64,000 nt of DNA from Scyliorhinus canicula (GCF_902713615.1 NC_052147.1:185716267-185780266), one strand, 5' to 3'. Shown: positions 26,716 to 39,105, counted from the stretch's first letter. The notes: a model not told the origin generated them from the sequence alone. Made by a program: numbers and translations.

Positions 26716-27252
26716 GGGGCTGTTTAGCACACTGGGCTCAATCATAGAACATAGAACATAGAACAGTACAGCACAGAACAGGCCCTTCGGCCCTCGATGT
26801 TGTGCCGAGCAATGATCACCCTACTTAAACCCACGTAACCTGTATACCCGTAACCCAACAATCTCCCCATTAACCTTACACTACGGGCAATTTAGCATGG
26901 CCAATCCACCTAACCCGCACATCTTTGGACTGTGGGAGGAAACCGGAGCACCCGGAGGAAACCCACGCACACACAGGGAGGACGTGCAGACTCCACACAG
27001 ACAGTGACCCAGCCGGGAATCGAACCTGGGACCCTGGAGCTGTGAAGCATTGATGCTAACCACCATGCTACCGTGAGGCCCCAAAATCGCTGGCTTTGAA
27101 AGCAGACCGAGGCAGGCCAGCAGCGTGGTTCGATTCCCGTAACAGCCTCCCCGAACAGGCGCTGGAATGTGGCGACTAGGGGCTTTTCACAGTAACTTCA
27201 TTGAAGCCTACTCGTGACAATAAGCGATTTTCATTTTTTTCATTTCATTTCA
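26716..27252 (+). mobile_element. Second-head SINE split by an HE1 SINE
   Basis: Head at 26716-26742 resumes at ~27084 (AAATCGCTGGCTTTGAAAGCAGACC); AATC duplicated at the junctions; (TTTCA)n end. Confidence 0.82.
26743..27082 (-). mobile_element. HE1-type V-SINE, young and intact
   Basis: Complete head, core and tail with (CTATGTT)n terminal repeats. Confidence 0.92.
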
Positions 27253-28716
27253 TGTTGGACCTGAAAATGTACTTCATTGCTTTGGCCACTGTGGAATGCA
27301 AAGTTACACAATTCCTGCGGTCAAATTAGAATATACCTAAATATAAAAATTATGATAAACAATTAGGGCCCAAGGGAAGCACCAAATTCACACCATGCAT
27401 TCTTTGCTGAAGTATGAAAATGGACATTTCAACAAATTTTTTTAAAAGTTGTATATTTAATAATTTTATTCAAGGTTTTCCAACAGAAATAAACATATAC
27501 AGAATGTCAAAAGAACAAAAGATCAAAAAAACATTGCATCAACCCAACAAACAGCCCATCACTCCAGCCGCTTGTCATTGACCTCCAACCACGCCCTGCC
27601 TTCCCCTTTATAAACCCCTTAGCACCACCCCCCCCCCCCCCCCCACATCACCACTTGCTGACCCCTCAATTCTCTTTGAAGAAATCAACAAATGAAAATC
27701 GCTTATTGTCACAAGTAGGCTTCAATGAAGTTACTGTGAAAAGCCCCTTGTCACCACATTCCAGCGCATGTTCGAGGAGGCTGGTACGGGAATGGAAATG
27801 GTTTCCACCTCTGGGTGAACCCTTCTACTGACCCCCATTAGAGCAAACCTGATCTTCTCCAACCTCAGGAATTCTCCAGATTGCTCACCGACACCCCTAC
27901 CTTTGGTGGCTCCGAGTTCCGACAACATAAAACCCGTCTCCGGGAATCATAGAGGCAAAGGTCAATACATCAGCCTCTCTCATGCCCCCCTTCCCCCACC
28001 CCCCCTCCCCCCGCACCCCTGGGTCATCCAACACACCAAAAATCTCCACCCCTGGACTCGGGACTACCTCCACACCCAGAACCTCGGACATAACATCCGA
28101 GAGCTGGGACCCCTGTCTCGTCCCATGTTGTAGCCCAAAGCATTCACTTGGTTTGTCCACACTCTTGCCACCAGCGCCTTATGCAGCAACTGGACATAAT
28201 TCACAAACCCCTGTCAGAACCCGAAACGCCCCAGCACCTCGAACAAATACGCCCATTCCATGCGATCAAAAGCCTTCGCCGCATCCATTGCCACCACTAC
28301 CTCAACCTCCTGTCCCCTCCACACCGACGTCATCATAATCACGTTAAGTAACCTCTGCTCAAGCCGACAACTGCTTCCCTTTCACAAAACCCGCCGAATC
28401 CTCCCCAATCAACGCTGGCACACAGTCCTCAAACTGCGACGCTAGCACTTTTGCCGTAAGCTTGATATCACACTGCTCCCACTTCTTATCCATCTGGAGC
28501 CTGTCTCATCTTCAACAACCCCTTCTCCGGCGCCATCGAGTACCTCCTATTCAGCCTCAAGATCTCATCAACTAGCCTTGCCTTCCCCTCCCTCTCATCT
28601 CACCCCACGTTCTCCCCGTGCAGCCAAAAGAAATAAACTCCCTCTCGAACATCAGCCCAAATGCTTCCCACAATGTGGCAGCTGTGACCTCCCCCGTATC
28701 ATTCATCTACACATAG

Positions 28717-29575
28717 CCCCGTATGGCAGCTCTCACCCACTCACACACACACTCATCCGCCCCGTATGGCAGCTCTCACCCACTCACACACACACTCATC
28801 CGCCCTGTATAGCAGCTCTCACCCACTCACACATACCCTCATCCGCCCTGTATAGCAGCTCTCACCCACTCACACACACTCATTCCGCCCTGTATAGCAG
28901 CTCTCACCTACTGACACATACCCTCATCCGCCCTGTATAGCAGCTCTCACCCACTCACACATACCCTCATCCGCCCTGTATAGCAGCTCTCACCCACTCA
29001 CACATACCCTCATCCATCCTGTATAGCAGCTCTCACCCACTCACACATACCCTCATCCGCCCTGTATAGCAGCTCTCACCTACTCACACATACCCTCATC
29101 CATCCTGTATAGCAGCTCTCACCTACTCACACATACCCTCATCCACCCTGTATAGCAGCTCTCACCTACTCACACATACCCTCATCCGTCCTGCATAGCA
29201 GCTCTCACCCACTCACACATACCCTCATCCGTCCTGTATAGCAGCTTTCACCCACTCACACATACCCTCATCCGTCCTGTATAGCAGCTCTCACCCACTC
29301 ACACATACCCTCATCCATCCTGTATAGCAGCTCTCACCCACTCACACACGCCCTCAACCACCCTTATGACAGCCCTCACCCACTCACACAGCCCCTCATC
29401 CACCTTTATGACAGACCTCACCCGCTCATACCCCCCTCATCTGCCCCGTATGGCAGCCCTCACCCGCTCCGTGTGGCAGCGCTCACCCGCTCACACACCC
29501 TCATCCATCTGTATGGCAGCCCTCACTCGCTCCACGTGGCAGCCCTCACCCGCTCACACACCCCCACATCCAACC
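28717..29575. repeat. 43-bp minisatellite, about 15 well-conserved units plus degenerate units
   Basis: Unit CCGCCCTGTATAGCAGCTCTCACCCACTCACACATACCCTCAT, e.g. starting at 28928 and 28971. Confidence 0.95.
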
Positions 29576-29994
29576 TTCACTGCTGCCGTTGAGCTTCCCT
29601 CCTGAACCACTCGCAAATCCACCCAATGTGGCTCATGGCCAGAAACCACGATTGCTGAATACCCAGAGTCAGACACCCAGTCAGCAGTGACTTATCCAAT
29701 ACGAAAAAGACGATCCAGAAATACACCAATACACATGGAAGAAGCATGAAAACTCCTTCGCCCTCAGCCTCCCAAACCTCCACATGTCCGGCCTCCGGCA
29801 TCCCCTCTAGCTTCCCACCAACCATCCGGATTGGTTACAATGTTCATCACTTCTAACACCACCCTCTTATTGACTAATACCACAACACCTCTCATCTTAA
29901 TATCAAGCCCCGAGTAAAACACTTACCCCACCCATCTCCTCCTCAGCCTCGTCTGATCCCCAAACATCAGGTGTGTCTCCTGTAAAAGCACCAC

Positions 29995-30628
29995 GGGCGC
30001 GATGCTCCGAAATGGAGACTAAATATTCAAGCTGTCGCGTTTCACGACGGTGCAAAACGGGCGTGGGGACAACCGATTCTGGCCCCCAGCATGGCGCGGG
30101 AGCAGTGCACGCCGCTCTAGCCTTACATCCTGGCGCGGACTGGGGGCGGCGCCAACCGCCCATGCACAGTAACGAAGCGCCAACCGATGCAAGCGCGGGT
30201 AGACTCACGGAATGCTCGGCCCCGACGCAAACATGGTGTGGGGGGTTATGGGGCCGGAAGCGGAACAAAGTAGGCCCGGGGTGGGGCGGGAAGAGGTCGG
30301 CCCACCGATCGGTGAACCCCAATCGCGGGCCGGACCCCATCGGAGTCCCCCCCCCCCACACCCCCCCCCCCCCCCCCCCCACCCTCCCAGTGAAGGAGTG
30401 CTTTTCCCCGTCCCCGACCCTTCGCGCAGAGTTCCTGCCGGCAGCGACCAGGAGTGAACGACGCCGGCAGGACTCTGCCGTTTCCGTGCGACCGCTCGGC
30501 CCATCTGGGCCGTAGAATCGACGGCCCCGCCGCGTACAGCGGCCTGCGATCGGCGCCGCGTCAAACCCATTGGCGCAAATGGCGCCGATTCTCCGCACCT
30601 CGGAGAAGGGGCTCAGAGAATCCCGCCC
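29995..30628. mobile_element. Harbinger-type MITE (634 bp) in the L1 endonuclease region
   Basis: TIRs GGGCGCGATGCTC / GAGAATCCCGCCC; 3-bp TSD CAC (29992-29994 and 30629-30631); removing it restores LKADVVLLQETH. Confidence 0.85.
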
Positions 30629-31002
30629 CACGTCTGCCTTCAAACTTCTCAGATGCATGAACACACGCAATCGTTTAACTGGTTTATTCAACCCTCCCAC
30701 ATTCCATGTAACCAGTCTGCTCAGGGGGATGCTCGTCCCACTCCCTGCCGATCAGCCATACCCTTCTTGGACAGCCCTCTGTCCACGTCCACTCGCCCTC
30801 CATGCCTGCCCTCCACCGTCATCTCGCCCTTCCAACTGCGCCACACCAACCATATCGATGGCAGTAAACACCTCCCCCCCTGGACAAATAACCGACCCCA
30901 TCCTCCCCACACGCCTCCTCCTGACGACCCCCAACTTCACTTCTGTTAACTAGCCCCTCCAGCTGAAGTTTCAACTAATTTAACTATCATTTATTCACTA
31001 TA

Positions 31003-33522
31003 GGTTTCATGTGCAAGGTCAGCAGAGCTTTATTCGTACCTTGTCTCAATGAGAGCATTTGGAGGAGCGTTACGGTGACAGCCTCCTAAGGCAGTCTGAT
31101 GACATTGTCACATGACTATGGAAAACCATGAGCTACGCATGTTACCCAGCATACACCCACTCTTTTCATGAATGAATATGTTTAATAATAATAATAATTT
31201 TTTCACAAGTTAGCTTACATTAGCACTGCAATGAAGTTACTGTGAAAAGACCCTAGCCGCCACATTCCAGCGACTGTTCAGGTACACGGAGGGAGAATTC
31301 AGAATGTCCAAATTACCTAAAAGCATTCTATGAGTCAGTCATTGTAACATGTATTGCACACACTAATCTTTAAGCTATGCAGGTCTCCGAATGGAACACG
31401 TTCACGTTGATGGCTGCTAGTTTGTGTGATGTTCCTTATCAAGAGTGTTTTGTTCCCAATGCCCTTGTTGCCTTGGCGATTGTTCATGTTGCTTTGTGGT
31501 TGTTGAGGAATCTTGGACCACCGGAGTTGATGGTACATCTGTGCTCAGTACAGCTGGTGAGATCCCATCTCCCGGCCCAGCTTCGCTAATCGTTCGGATA
31601 TGTCTGCGATTACACTGGTAGATTCATTAATCCATTTCCACTGCGTACGATTATGCAGATAATTTCTCTATGCTTGACCCAAGTTTCATGCAGGCTGACT
31701 CGGGTTGGGAATGCTGAACGCTAGTACCTTGACTGGCTTCTGTTTATTAAGCACTTTTACAAGTCTAAACTCAGCTCGAGCCTTGTGCTTCAAATTTGCC
31801 AGTTCCGCCTGATGTGAACATTTTTCTGTAGAACGGCTTCATTTACCTTCAGTTTGTACAATTCATTACATTGACATGGTTGGCAACTGGTTTTCTTGAA
31901 TATTGTCTTCCTCTCCCTGGGTTCTTCTGCCACCCTTGCTCTGGAGTCATCGGTTTCCCACTCTCTGTTGTCACGTTTAGGGTAATCAATCCACGTTTTA
32001 GACTTGCTTCAGCGGAGATAAATGGCTGTTGCGTCCTATCGATGATCTGGAACACCATTGCATTTGCTCGTCAGTCTAATTTGTGCACTCGTCATGAATA
32101 CTGTTCCATCAGTGCCTCAATCTTACTTTTGAGGGCATCATATTTGGATCACCATAATGAGCCATTTCACAGATCTGTGAAGGCCAATATGTTGCATGAT
32201 GCACATATATCTATCTGACATTTCTTGGTCGCTTGATATTCTTCATATACGATCACCATTGTAACGGTCAAACTATTTGTCAGAGGACTGGATAGTAGCC
32301 AATGCTGTTCCATTGTTTCAGAAGGGTAGCAGGGATAACCCAGGGATTTATAGGCCAGTGAGCCTTACATCAGTGGTAGGAAAATTATGGGAAAAGATTC
32401 TTAGAGATGGGATTTACTCCCATTTGGAAACAAATGGGCTTATTAGTGATGGACAGCATGGTTTTGTCAGGGAAGGTCGTGCCTCACTAACTTGATCGAG
32501 TTTCTCGAGGAAGTGACAAAGATGATAGATGAGGGAAGGCAAGTCAGTAGGCAGTAGAGTTGTATACATAGACTTCAGTAAAGCCTTTGACAGGTACCTC
32601 ACGGTAGACTGGTACAAAAGGTGAAGCCACATGGGATCGGAGGAGAGCTGGCAAGTTAGATACAGAACTGCTTGGCACAGAAGGCAGAGAGTAGCAGTAG
32701 AAGTTTTTCTAAATAGAGGGTGGTAAATATATGGAACTGGGGAGGAGGTGGGAACAGGTACGATAGCGCATTTAAGGGACATCTAGACAAATATATGATA
32801 AGGGTGGGAATGGAAGGAAGCCCAAAACTACGCGATCTTTAGTGAGAACAGTGAGAACTTAATCAGATCATTTCAGATAACACTAAGTTGTGTTGCTGCT
32901 GCCACATACTGTTCTATGGCCTCACGTGGAATACATATCGTTCATATGTAACATTCTCAGGGTTCAAAATTTGTGTTCAAGGCTTTGAAACCTTCTGTCA
33001 TCTTTTTTCTTTGTTCATCTGTTAGAGTGGTGTACACATTGCAGCAGTCCCTTCACAGCAATGCTATGAGTGTGGCTTCTATTGGTTCAGGCTTGTTAAT
33101 CAAGTTGTTTGCAATCTCAGTTTTTCTACCAATAGTGGGAAACTGCCATTTTTTCCCACATAGCACTATTCAATGTCACTCGAGATTTACTGCAGCATTT
33201 TATTCACACAGCAATTAACTTTCAGCCAGTTTGTTTTCCTTTACAGTTTCAGCAGTTCTTTTTTAACCGGTCTTCCTGGGTTCTCAGTGTCTTCTCTGTC
33301 TCATTTTCAGAGTTCAAATATCATGTTTTCACCATTTCTGCACATCATGTTTCATGTATAGGGAAACAGAGCTTCATTAATGTCTTGCCTCAATGGGAGT
33401 CTTTACTGAACTGCCTTATGATGTCTGCCTCCAGAGGCAGCCTCATGGCATAGTCACATGACAACTGAAAGCCAGATGTGTCAATCAAACTGGTTACATA
33501 GGCACATATATTTACTATTCCA
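31003..33522 (-). mobile_element. Old, internally deleted Gypsy LTR retrotransposon
   Basis: gag-like NFEP / NVTYERYVFH (~32925-32980); protease-like CQIDICASCNI and ISAEASLKRGLITLN; integrase-tail-like SYAVEMD...CNRRHIR; diverged direct repeats at ~31003-31100 and ~33348-33465; PBS-like TGATGTGCAGAA next to the 5' LTR. Confidence 0.6.
32277..32820 (+). mobile_element. CR1 RT fragment inserted in the old Gypsy
   Basis: EDWIVANAVPLFQKGSRDNPGIYRPVSLTSVVGK, QHGFV, DFSKAFDR. Confidence 0.85.
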
Positions 33523-35381
33523 CATTAGGAATGCAATTTTTAAAACGGGACTCATGCCAAAAAAAAGTAATTGAAAGAAACAGAAAATACACCGCAGTTT
33601 TTGAAAAAACTCTTGAAAACTTGTTTTGTGCTGTGCTTGAAACTCCGGTCACAATTTTAACAGCACTTTTGAGCAATCGCAAGGAACCTGCATATAAGAC
33701 AGAGGGATCAGTAGATGGCTGTATAGGATCAAGGAGAGTTGAGCATATTGTAAATACATGTGCAACCCAGGGCCAAAATTCCACAATCCTTCAAACCTCA
33801 GGGTTTGTTTGTTCTCATAATGCGTTTGCCTCTTGAGGCAAGTATGAAGGAAATTCAAGACTATCGTGTTTATACAAACACTAGTTTGCATACTTCAAAT
33901 CAAAACTTGCCTTTCGTTACTTGAGACCAAGATCTTGAAAAGCAAATACTGCTCAACAAGTTACCGAAAGTAATACGTCATGAAGTAAACTAAAATAAAC
34001 ATGTCATGAAGTAAACTAAAATAAACAGTAAATGCTGCCAAGTTGATGTTTGAATTTCAAGTGGACAGCAGAGCAAGACAGGACAAAGGAAAGGAATAAA
34101 GGCAGAACAGACTAAAAAGTTTCAATTCTGAATGGAGAAAAAATAAAGTAACTGGCACACTGCTAAAACAAAAAGCAAGGAAAATCGGAATAATCAGGAA
34201 ATGCAGGTGAAAGAATAATTAAGAATGCATGGATTGGATTCCTCCATCCCTCCTGATGACTTGAGGCAACTGAACCAATTGTGTCCCTCTGAAACTGGCA
34301 ACTGTCTCTTGGAATCTGGCCGGTGTTCAAAGCTCACCAACAATCTGATGATGGGAGCAAGAGGCCTAATTTTGGACAAGCCTGGAGCATCTGGTTTCTG
34401 GTGTGCGGTCCCAGCGCCTTGCCTATTTGAGGCTGAAAAATAGGCCGAAACCATTTGCACCCAAATAGATACTAACTGGATTTAATGTTAAAATGCAAGT
34501 TTAGATAATAGAACATCAATTGTCAATCGGATTGTTATTTGGTTTGATAGAAAAACAAACAGAGCTCCAAATGCCCAGCAAGCAATTGTTCAATTTACTA
34601 GAGTTTTAATCCCAGGCATTTATTTTTCCACGCTAATTATCTTAAGGTACTGAAAATAATGCCCACATTTATGAATGCAACTAAGTTGTGCTTTTTGTAA
34701 AAATAGGCATTTCAGTGGATTGGAGGTGATCCCAAGTTATTTGTAGACATTGAGAAACTGGTCAAATTATGCATTTAATTTAAATCTGCAAAAAATATCA
34801 AATAGAACTATTTATTGAAGGAGTAAGGTAAAAGAGAAAAGACAGGTTACCCAAAGTATCAAAATGTAAAGAAGTGACGAACAGCTGAAATATTAACACA
34901 TGTAAGCACATAAATTTTTAAGTTTTGAAGGTTACTGGTGGAGCAAATAGTGAAATAATATTCCATCTACTTGTATTGAGTGGTTTTAAATTGATAAACC
35001 CCTATTTAAAAGGCTGGGATAAATTTCTTCATGCAAAAATGCTGCTGGAACATAGAATGCACAACCGGGAACAACTGAGATAGAGACTACTACTGTTGCT
35101 TTTATGTAAAAAAAAATAGACAAATATTTGAAACATTGGAAGATACTGGGTTAGCAGCAAGAACTATAACTGTGGGATTAGTTATGGACGAACAGAGCTG
35201 GCACAGACAAAATAGGCCAAATGGTATATTTACATACTTTAATCTTTATGGTTCAGCAGTGCAACTGCAATGAAACACCAGCAAACTATCTGAAGACATT
35301 TCAGTACATTTCATAAATGTATAACATATATTCAAAACTAGTCAGTAAAGAAACAATGAGAATTGAGAAAGGAAGTACCCT

Positions 35382-35733
35382 GGGGGCAGCAGGGTAGCAT
35401 GGTGGTTAGCATAAATGCTTCACAGCTCCAGGGTCCCAGGTTCGATTCCCGGCTGGGGTCACTGTTCTGTGTGGAGTCTGCAACGTCCTCCCCTGTGTGC
35501 GTGGGTTTCTCTCCGGGTGCTCCGGTTTCCTCCCACAGTCCAACGATAGATGGCGGGTTAGGTGGATTGGCCATGCTAAATTGCCCGTAGTGTCCGAATA
35601 AAAGTAAGGTTAAGAGGGGGTTGTTGGGTTACGGTATAGGGTGGATACGTGGGTTTGAGTAGGGTGATCATGGCTCGGCACAACATTGAGGGCCGAAGGG
35701 CCTGTTCTGTGCTGTACTGTTCTATGTTCTATG
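35382..35733 (+). mobile_element. HE1-type V-SINE
   Basis: Complete head (GGTTCGATTCCC), core and CR1-like tail. Confidence 0.9.
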
Positions 35734-36253
35734 AAGTGAAACATGCCTCATTGGAGGAAGAAACTAGAGCATAAGCTGTGATAACATTTTTGGGTTTTGC
35801 CACAAACATTCTCTTCCATTCAACTTCATCGGTCATTCTGGTAAATATGTCCCACATTGGCTACAAACTGGAATGCATTCGGTACTGCCCAAGACTTCAT
35901 TAAACAATAGCACAGACCAGGGTTCATCAGCCTTGATTTCAACATTTGTTCCAGCAATAAACTTTAAAACTCGCTTATTTTATATGTACTAATATTCTTA
36001 GAAAGAACTCACCAAAGCTCTTTAGACATTACCTTTCAACCCGATAAACACTACTGTCTAGAAGGACAAGGACAGCAACCCAATAGGAACACTAGTACCT
36101 GGAAGTTCTCTTCCAAGACACTCACCATCATGATTTGGAAATCCCTTGGAACAAAATCTGGGAGCTCCCTCTCTAACAGTGCCTACCCTACGTGGACTGC
36201 AACGGTTTAAAAAGACAGCTCACTCACCTTCACAAGGGCAATTAGGGATGGGC

Positions 36254-36555
36254 AATAATAATCTTTATTGTCACAAGTAGGCTTACATTAATACTGCAAT
36301 GAAGTAACTGGGAAAAGCCCCGAAGTCGCCACATTCCGGCGCCCATTCGGGTACACAGGGGGAGAATTCAGAATCCAAATTACCTAACAGCACGTCTTTC
36401 GGGACCAGAGGGAGGAAACCAGAGGACCCGGAGGAAACCCACCAGACACGGGGGGGATGTGCAGACTCCACACAGACAGTGATCCAGCCAGGATTTGAAC
36501 CTGGGACCCTGGCGCTGTGACGCCACAGTGCCAACCACTGTACTACCGTGCTGCC
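36254..36555 (-). mobile_element. V-SINE with ATT tail inserted in a LINE 3' end (~36030-36595)
   Basis: Head, core and ATT tail on the minus strand; the LINE tail GGGCAATA...AATAAATG continues on both sides. Confidence 0.82.
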
Positions 36556-36607
36556 AATAAATGTCGGCCAGTGATGCCCACATCCCAAGAATTAATTTTA
36601 AATTCCG

Positions 36608-36702
36608 GGGGCTGGATTCTCCCAAAATAAGACTATGTCCCCACGCCAGCGTACAAACGGTGGAGTTTTACTCCCGAAATTCCTGGAAAAAAGTTGAACA
36701 CG
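36608..36702. mobile_element. Left end of a Harbinger-type MITE running into the gap
   Basis: GGGCTGGATTCTCC TIR. Confidence 0.6.
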
Positions 36703-36802
36703 NNNNNNNNNNNNNNNNNNNNNNNNNNNNNNNNNNNNNNNNNNNNNNNNNNNNNNNNNNNNNNNNNNNNNNNNNNNNNNNNNNNNNNNNNNNNNNNNNN
36801 NN
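36703..36802. other. Assembly gap (100 N)
   Basis: Run of N; a round length usually means the true size is unknown. Confidence 0.99.
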
Positions 36803-37739
36803 AGGAGTGAAACTACTTTCCGAGATATTAGCAACTTCCAAATGAACAAGTGCTGCCCTGTTTATGCTGCACAGTTGCATCCAGAAATACAACGTAAATT
36901 GGATATGAAATGCAGGCAGCAAGTATTGTATACAACACTGGCCATGATCACTGAATAGAGCTAATGAGACCAAGACTCTCATTTACCTCTGTGGCCTGTG
37001 GAAAATAATATTGCTGTTTTTACTGCATGGCACAGAAGTTTAAAATCACCTCGGCACTATTTGAAGCTGACAAAAGCAGAGCAAAACTATCACTTGGAGG
37101 TTATTCTCCTTCGGCTCACACCAGCACTGTTATAACTTCCTGGTGCTGGCATGCTGAAAATCAGAATAAATGCAGAATCAATCCCCTGACAGATAATGAT
37201 TAATCATTGCTGTAAATGGTCAACTTCAAAAGGAGAGTAATTCCCAAGGCAATAACAAAAGCTTCCCTGCTGCAAAAAAAATTATGCTGGTTACCACCAT
37301 TTTTTTGAAGAATTTTGAAATAAACAGGCTAGACGAAACAGTACACAAGCAAATGTTTTACATGGAACAAAAGCACCAGCTTACCATAACAGTTGAGGTC
37401 CATCAATTACAAAACACATTCGTGAAGTACAAATCTTGAATGGGCTCATCCTTCTGTTGAGCTTTTTGATATCCGTAGATACAGATTACTCCGAGCTGCC
37501 TTAATATATAGAACTTTACTCATGTAAAACATATATATATAATAGCATATTAATGAAGCAAAAAGAAAGGTTATGTTACATACTCCAGATAACAGAAATA
37601 TATTCCAATACCTTATTAAAATTGTAATCCTATTTTAAAAAGGTTTTGAACTCAATAACACAGCCTCAGAGAGAGAGCCAGTCCTCAAGAATGACAGAGC
37701 CACTTTTGTAGGTCCTTTAAACAATACACAAGAGGTCAG

Positions 37740-38620
37740 AGCGTGGGGACCGCTGGCAGCACTCACTGAGCTGAACTGCTGAGACTCAGGGACAAGCTTC
37801 CTCCCCGGGCTCGAGGAGGTGCGCGCTCGCGATCGTGCACGCGGAACGCTCGTCACCGCGTACTCGCCCAGATTATTTTTTAAATTTGCGTCGCCACACC
37901 AAGCAGAAATAATTGAAAAGGGTTAAAGTCTCAGGAGTCGAAAGCAGGCAGCAAGGAGAAGAGCGCCGGGTAAACTTTCTGTGTGCCTGGAGCTCCGTGA
38001 GTGAAGGGACTGGAGCCGGAGTCACAGCCGACATGTCCGGCACAAGTTTCTCCGAGTGTTTCCATCTTCAATACTCTCAACCTCACCAGCCACTGGCCTT
38101 CCCTCAGACCCTTGGTTAGAGAGCAGCCCCGGAGATGGACAGAGCTCCGGCACACTTGCTGCTGGTTACATGGCTGCACTTGTTCCCCAATCGGTGTTTA
38201 CACCCAAGTTTCATGGAGCAGACTGCACTGCAGCCTCTCTCAACACACACACACAAAAAGCAGCTTCACTGGATCCAATTCGAAAAAACGCTCTTGCAAG
38301 TAATTAATAGGAGTCAACTACTAAATGATTTTTTAAAAAAGTTTCAAGTAACGCCTACTTTGTCTCAGTCTTGCTCTTTTGATGATTCGCAGTTCCGCCA
38401 GGCTGTTTTTTTGGTTGTTGTCTGGTTTATCATCACTAGGTTTCTTCCCCTCCCTCCTTCTCCGGAATCTCAGTCGCTGGAAAGTTGAATGACGTAAAGC
38501 CGGGCAGCTTCTGTGCTGTACACGGTCCCCAGCAGCGAGGCGCCAGCTTCAAAAACCAGCGTGCATTCTATTTAAAGGGAAAAGGATGTTTACAACGTGT
38601 CAATCTGCACGTTATTGCAG
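37740..38620 (-). promoter_or_regulatory. CpG-rich, TE-free island: probable promoter and first exon of an unidentified minus-strand host gene
   Basis: Dense CpG at 37800-37895 in unique sequence; consensus minus-strand donor TCA|GTGAGT (exon end 37767); about 2 kb without recognisable repeats; no long ORF reaches the donor. Confidence 0.55.
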
Positions 38621-38875
38621 AGCTGTGTTCCATCCAACACTTTTTGAAAATTGGGCTATTGTGGACGTTGTTGGAAAACAGAAAAAGGAGTCGCAACACC
38701 TGATAAATCGATTAGACATTTGTTTTAAATGTGCTTAATCGTCCAGGATCGGGTCATAGTCGAAAGTTCTGCACTTGAATTGTTTTGGCATTATCTGAAG
38801 GACTGTGATACGGTGAAAACAATAGTCTGAAATTATTCATTTTGAGCGTTGCAAGTCACTGGCCTCAATGTCCAG

Positions 38876-39100
38876 GATGTGGAGATGCTGGCGTTGGACT
38901 GGGGTGAGCACAGTCAGAAGTCTTACAACACCAGGTTAAAGTCCAACAGGTTTGTTTAAAACACTAGCTTTCGGAGCACTGCTCCTTCCTCAGGTGAATT
39001 AACCTCTTCATTCACCTAGGAAGCAGTGCTCCGAATGCTAGTGTTTGAAATAAACATGTTAGACTTTAACCTGGTGTTGTAAGACTTCTTACTGTGCTCA
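38876..39100. mobile_element. Penelope-like fold-back insertion; hammerhead motif on the minus strand at 38962-38996, degenerate copy on the plus strand
   Basis: Arms ~38906-38999 and ~39010-39100 are reverse complements. Confidence 0.8.
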
Positions 39101-39105
39101 GTATC

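Larger units (their letters stand above)
27460..30960 (-). mobile_element. L1-clade LINE, decayed with internal deletions; contains a MITE, a minisatellite and a SINE fragment (~27692-27793)
   Basis: APE endonuclease GLNKPVKRLRVFMHLRSLKADV | VLLQETH (split by the MITE), YSAIVVSGHEPHWVD, RLDVG, TAATLWEA, GFVKG, MDAAKAFDRMEW, HGTRQGSQLS, IFGV. Confidence 0.85.

Noticed and set aside
28717-29575. CRISPR-like array
   Set aside because: Units are head to tail with no unique spacers, there are no cas genes, and the unit derives from L1 ORF2 in eukaryotic DNA.
33515-34460. 70-100 aa ORFs in unique AT-rich sequence as host exons
   Set aside because: No recognisable domain or convincing splice-site pair; lengths are compatible with chance.
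35382-35460. SINE heads as functional tRNA genes
   Set aside because: A and B boxes are present but there is no proper cloverleaf, and each is followed by V core and tail sequence.
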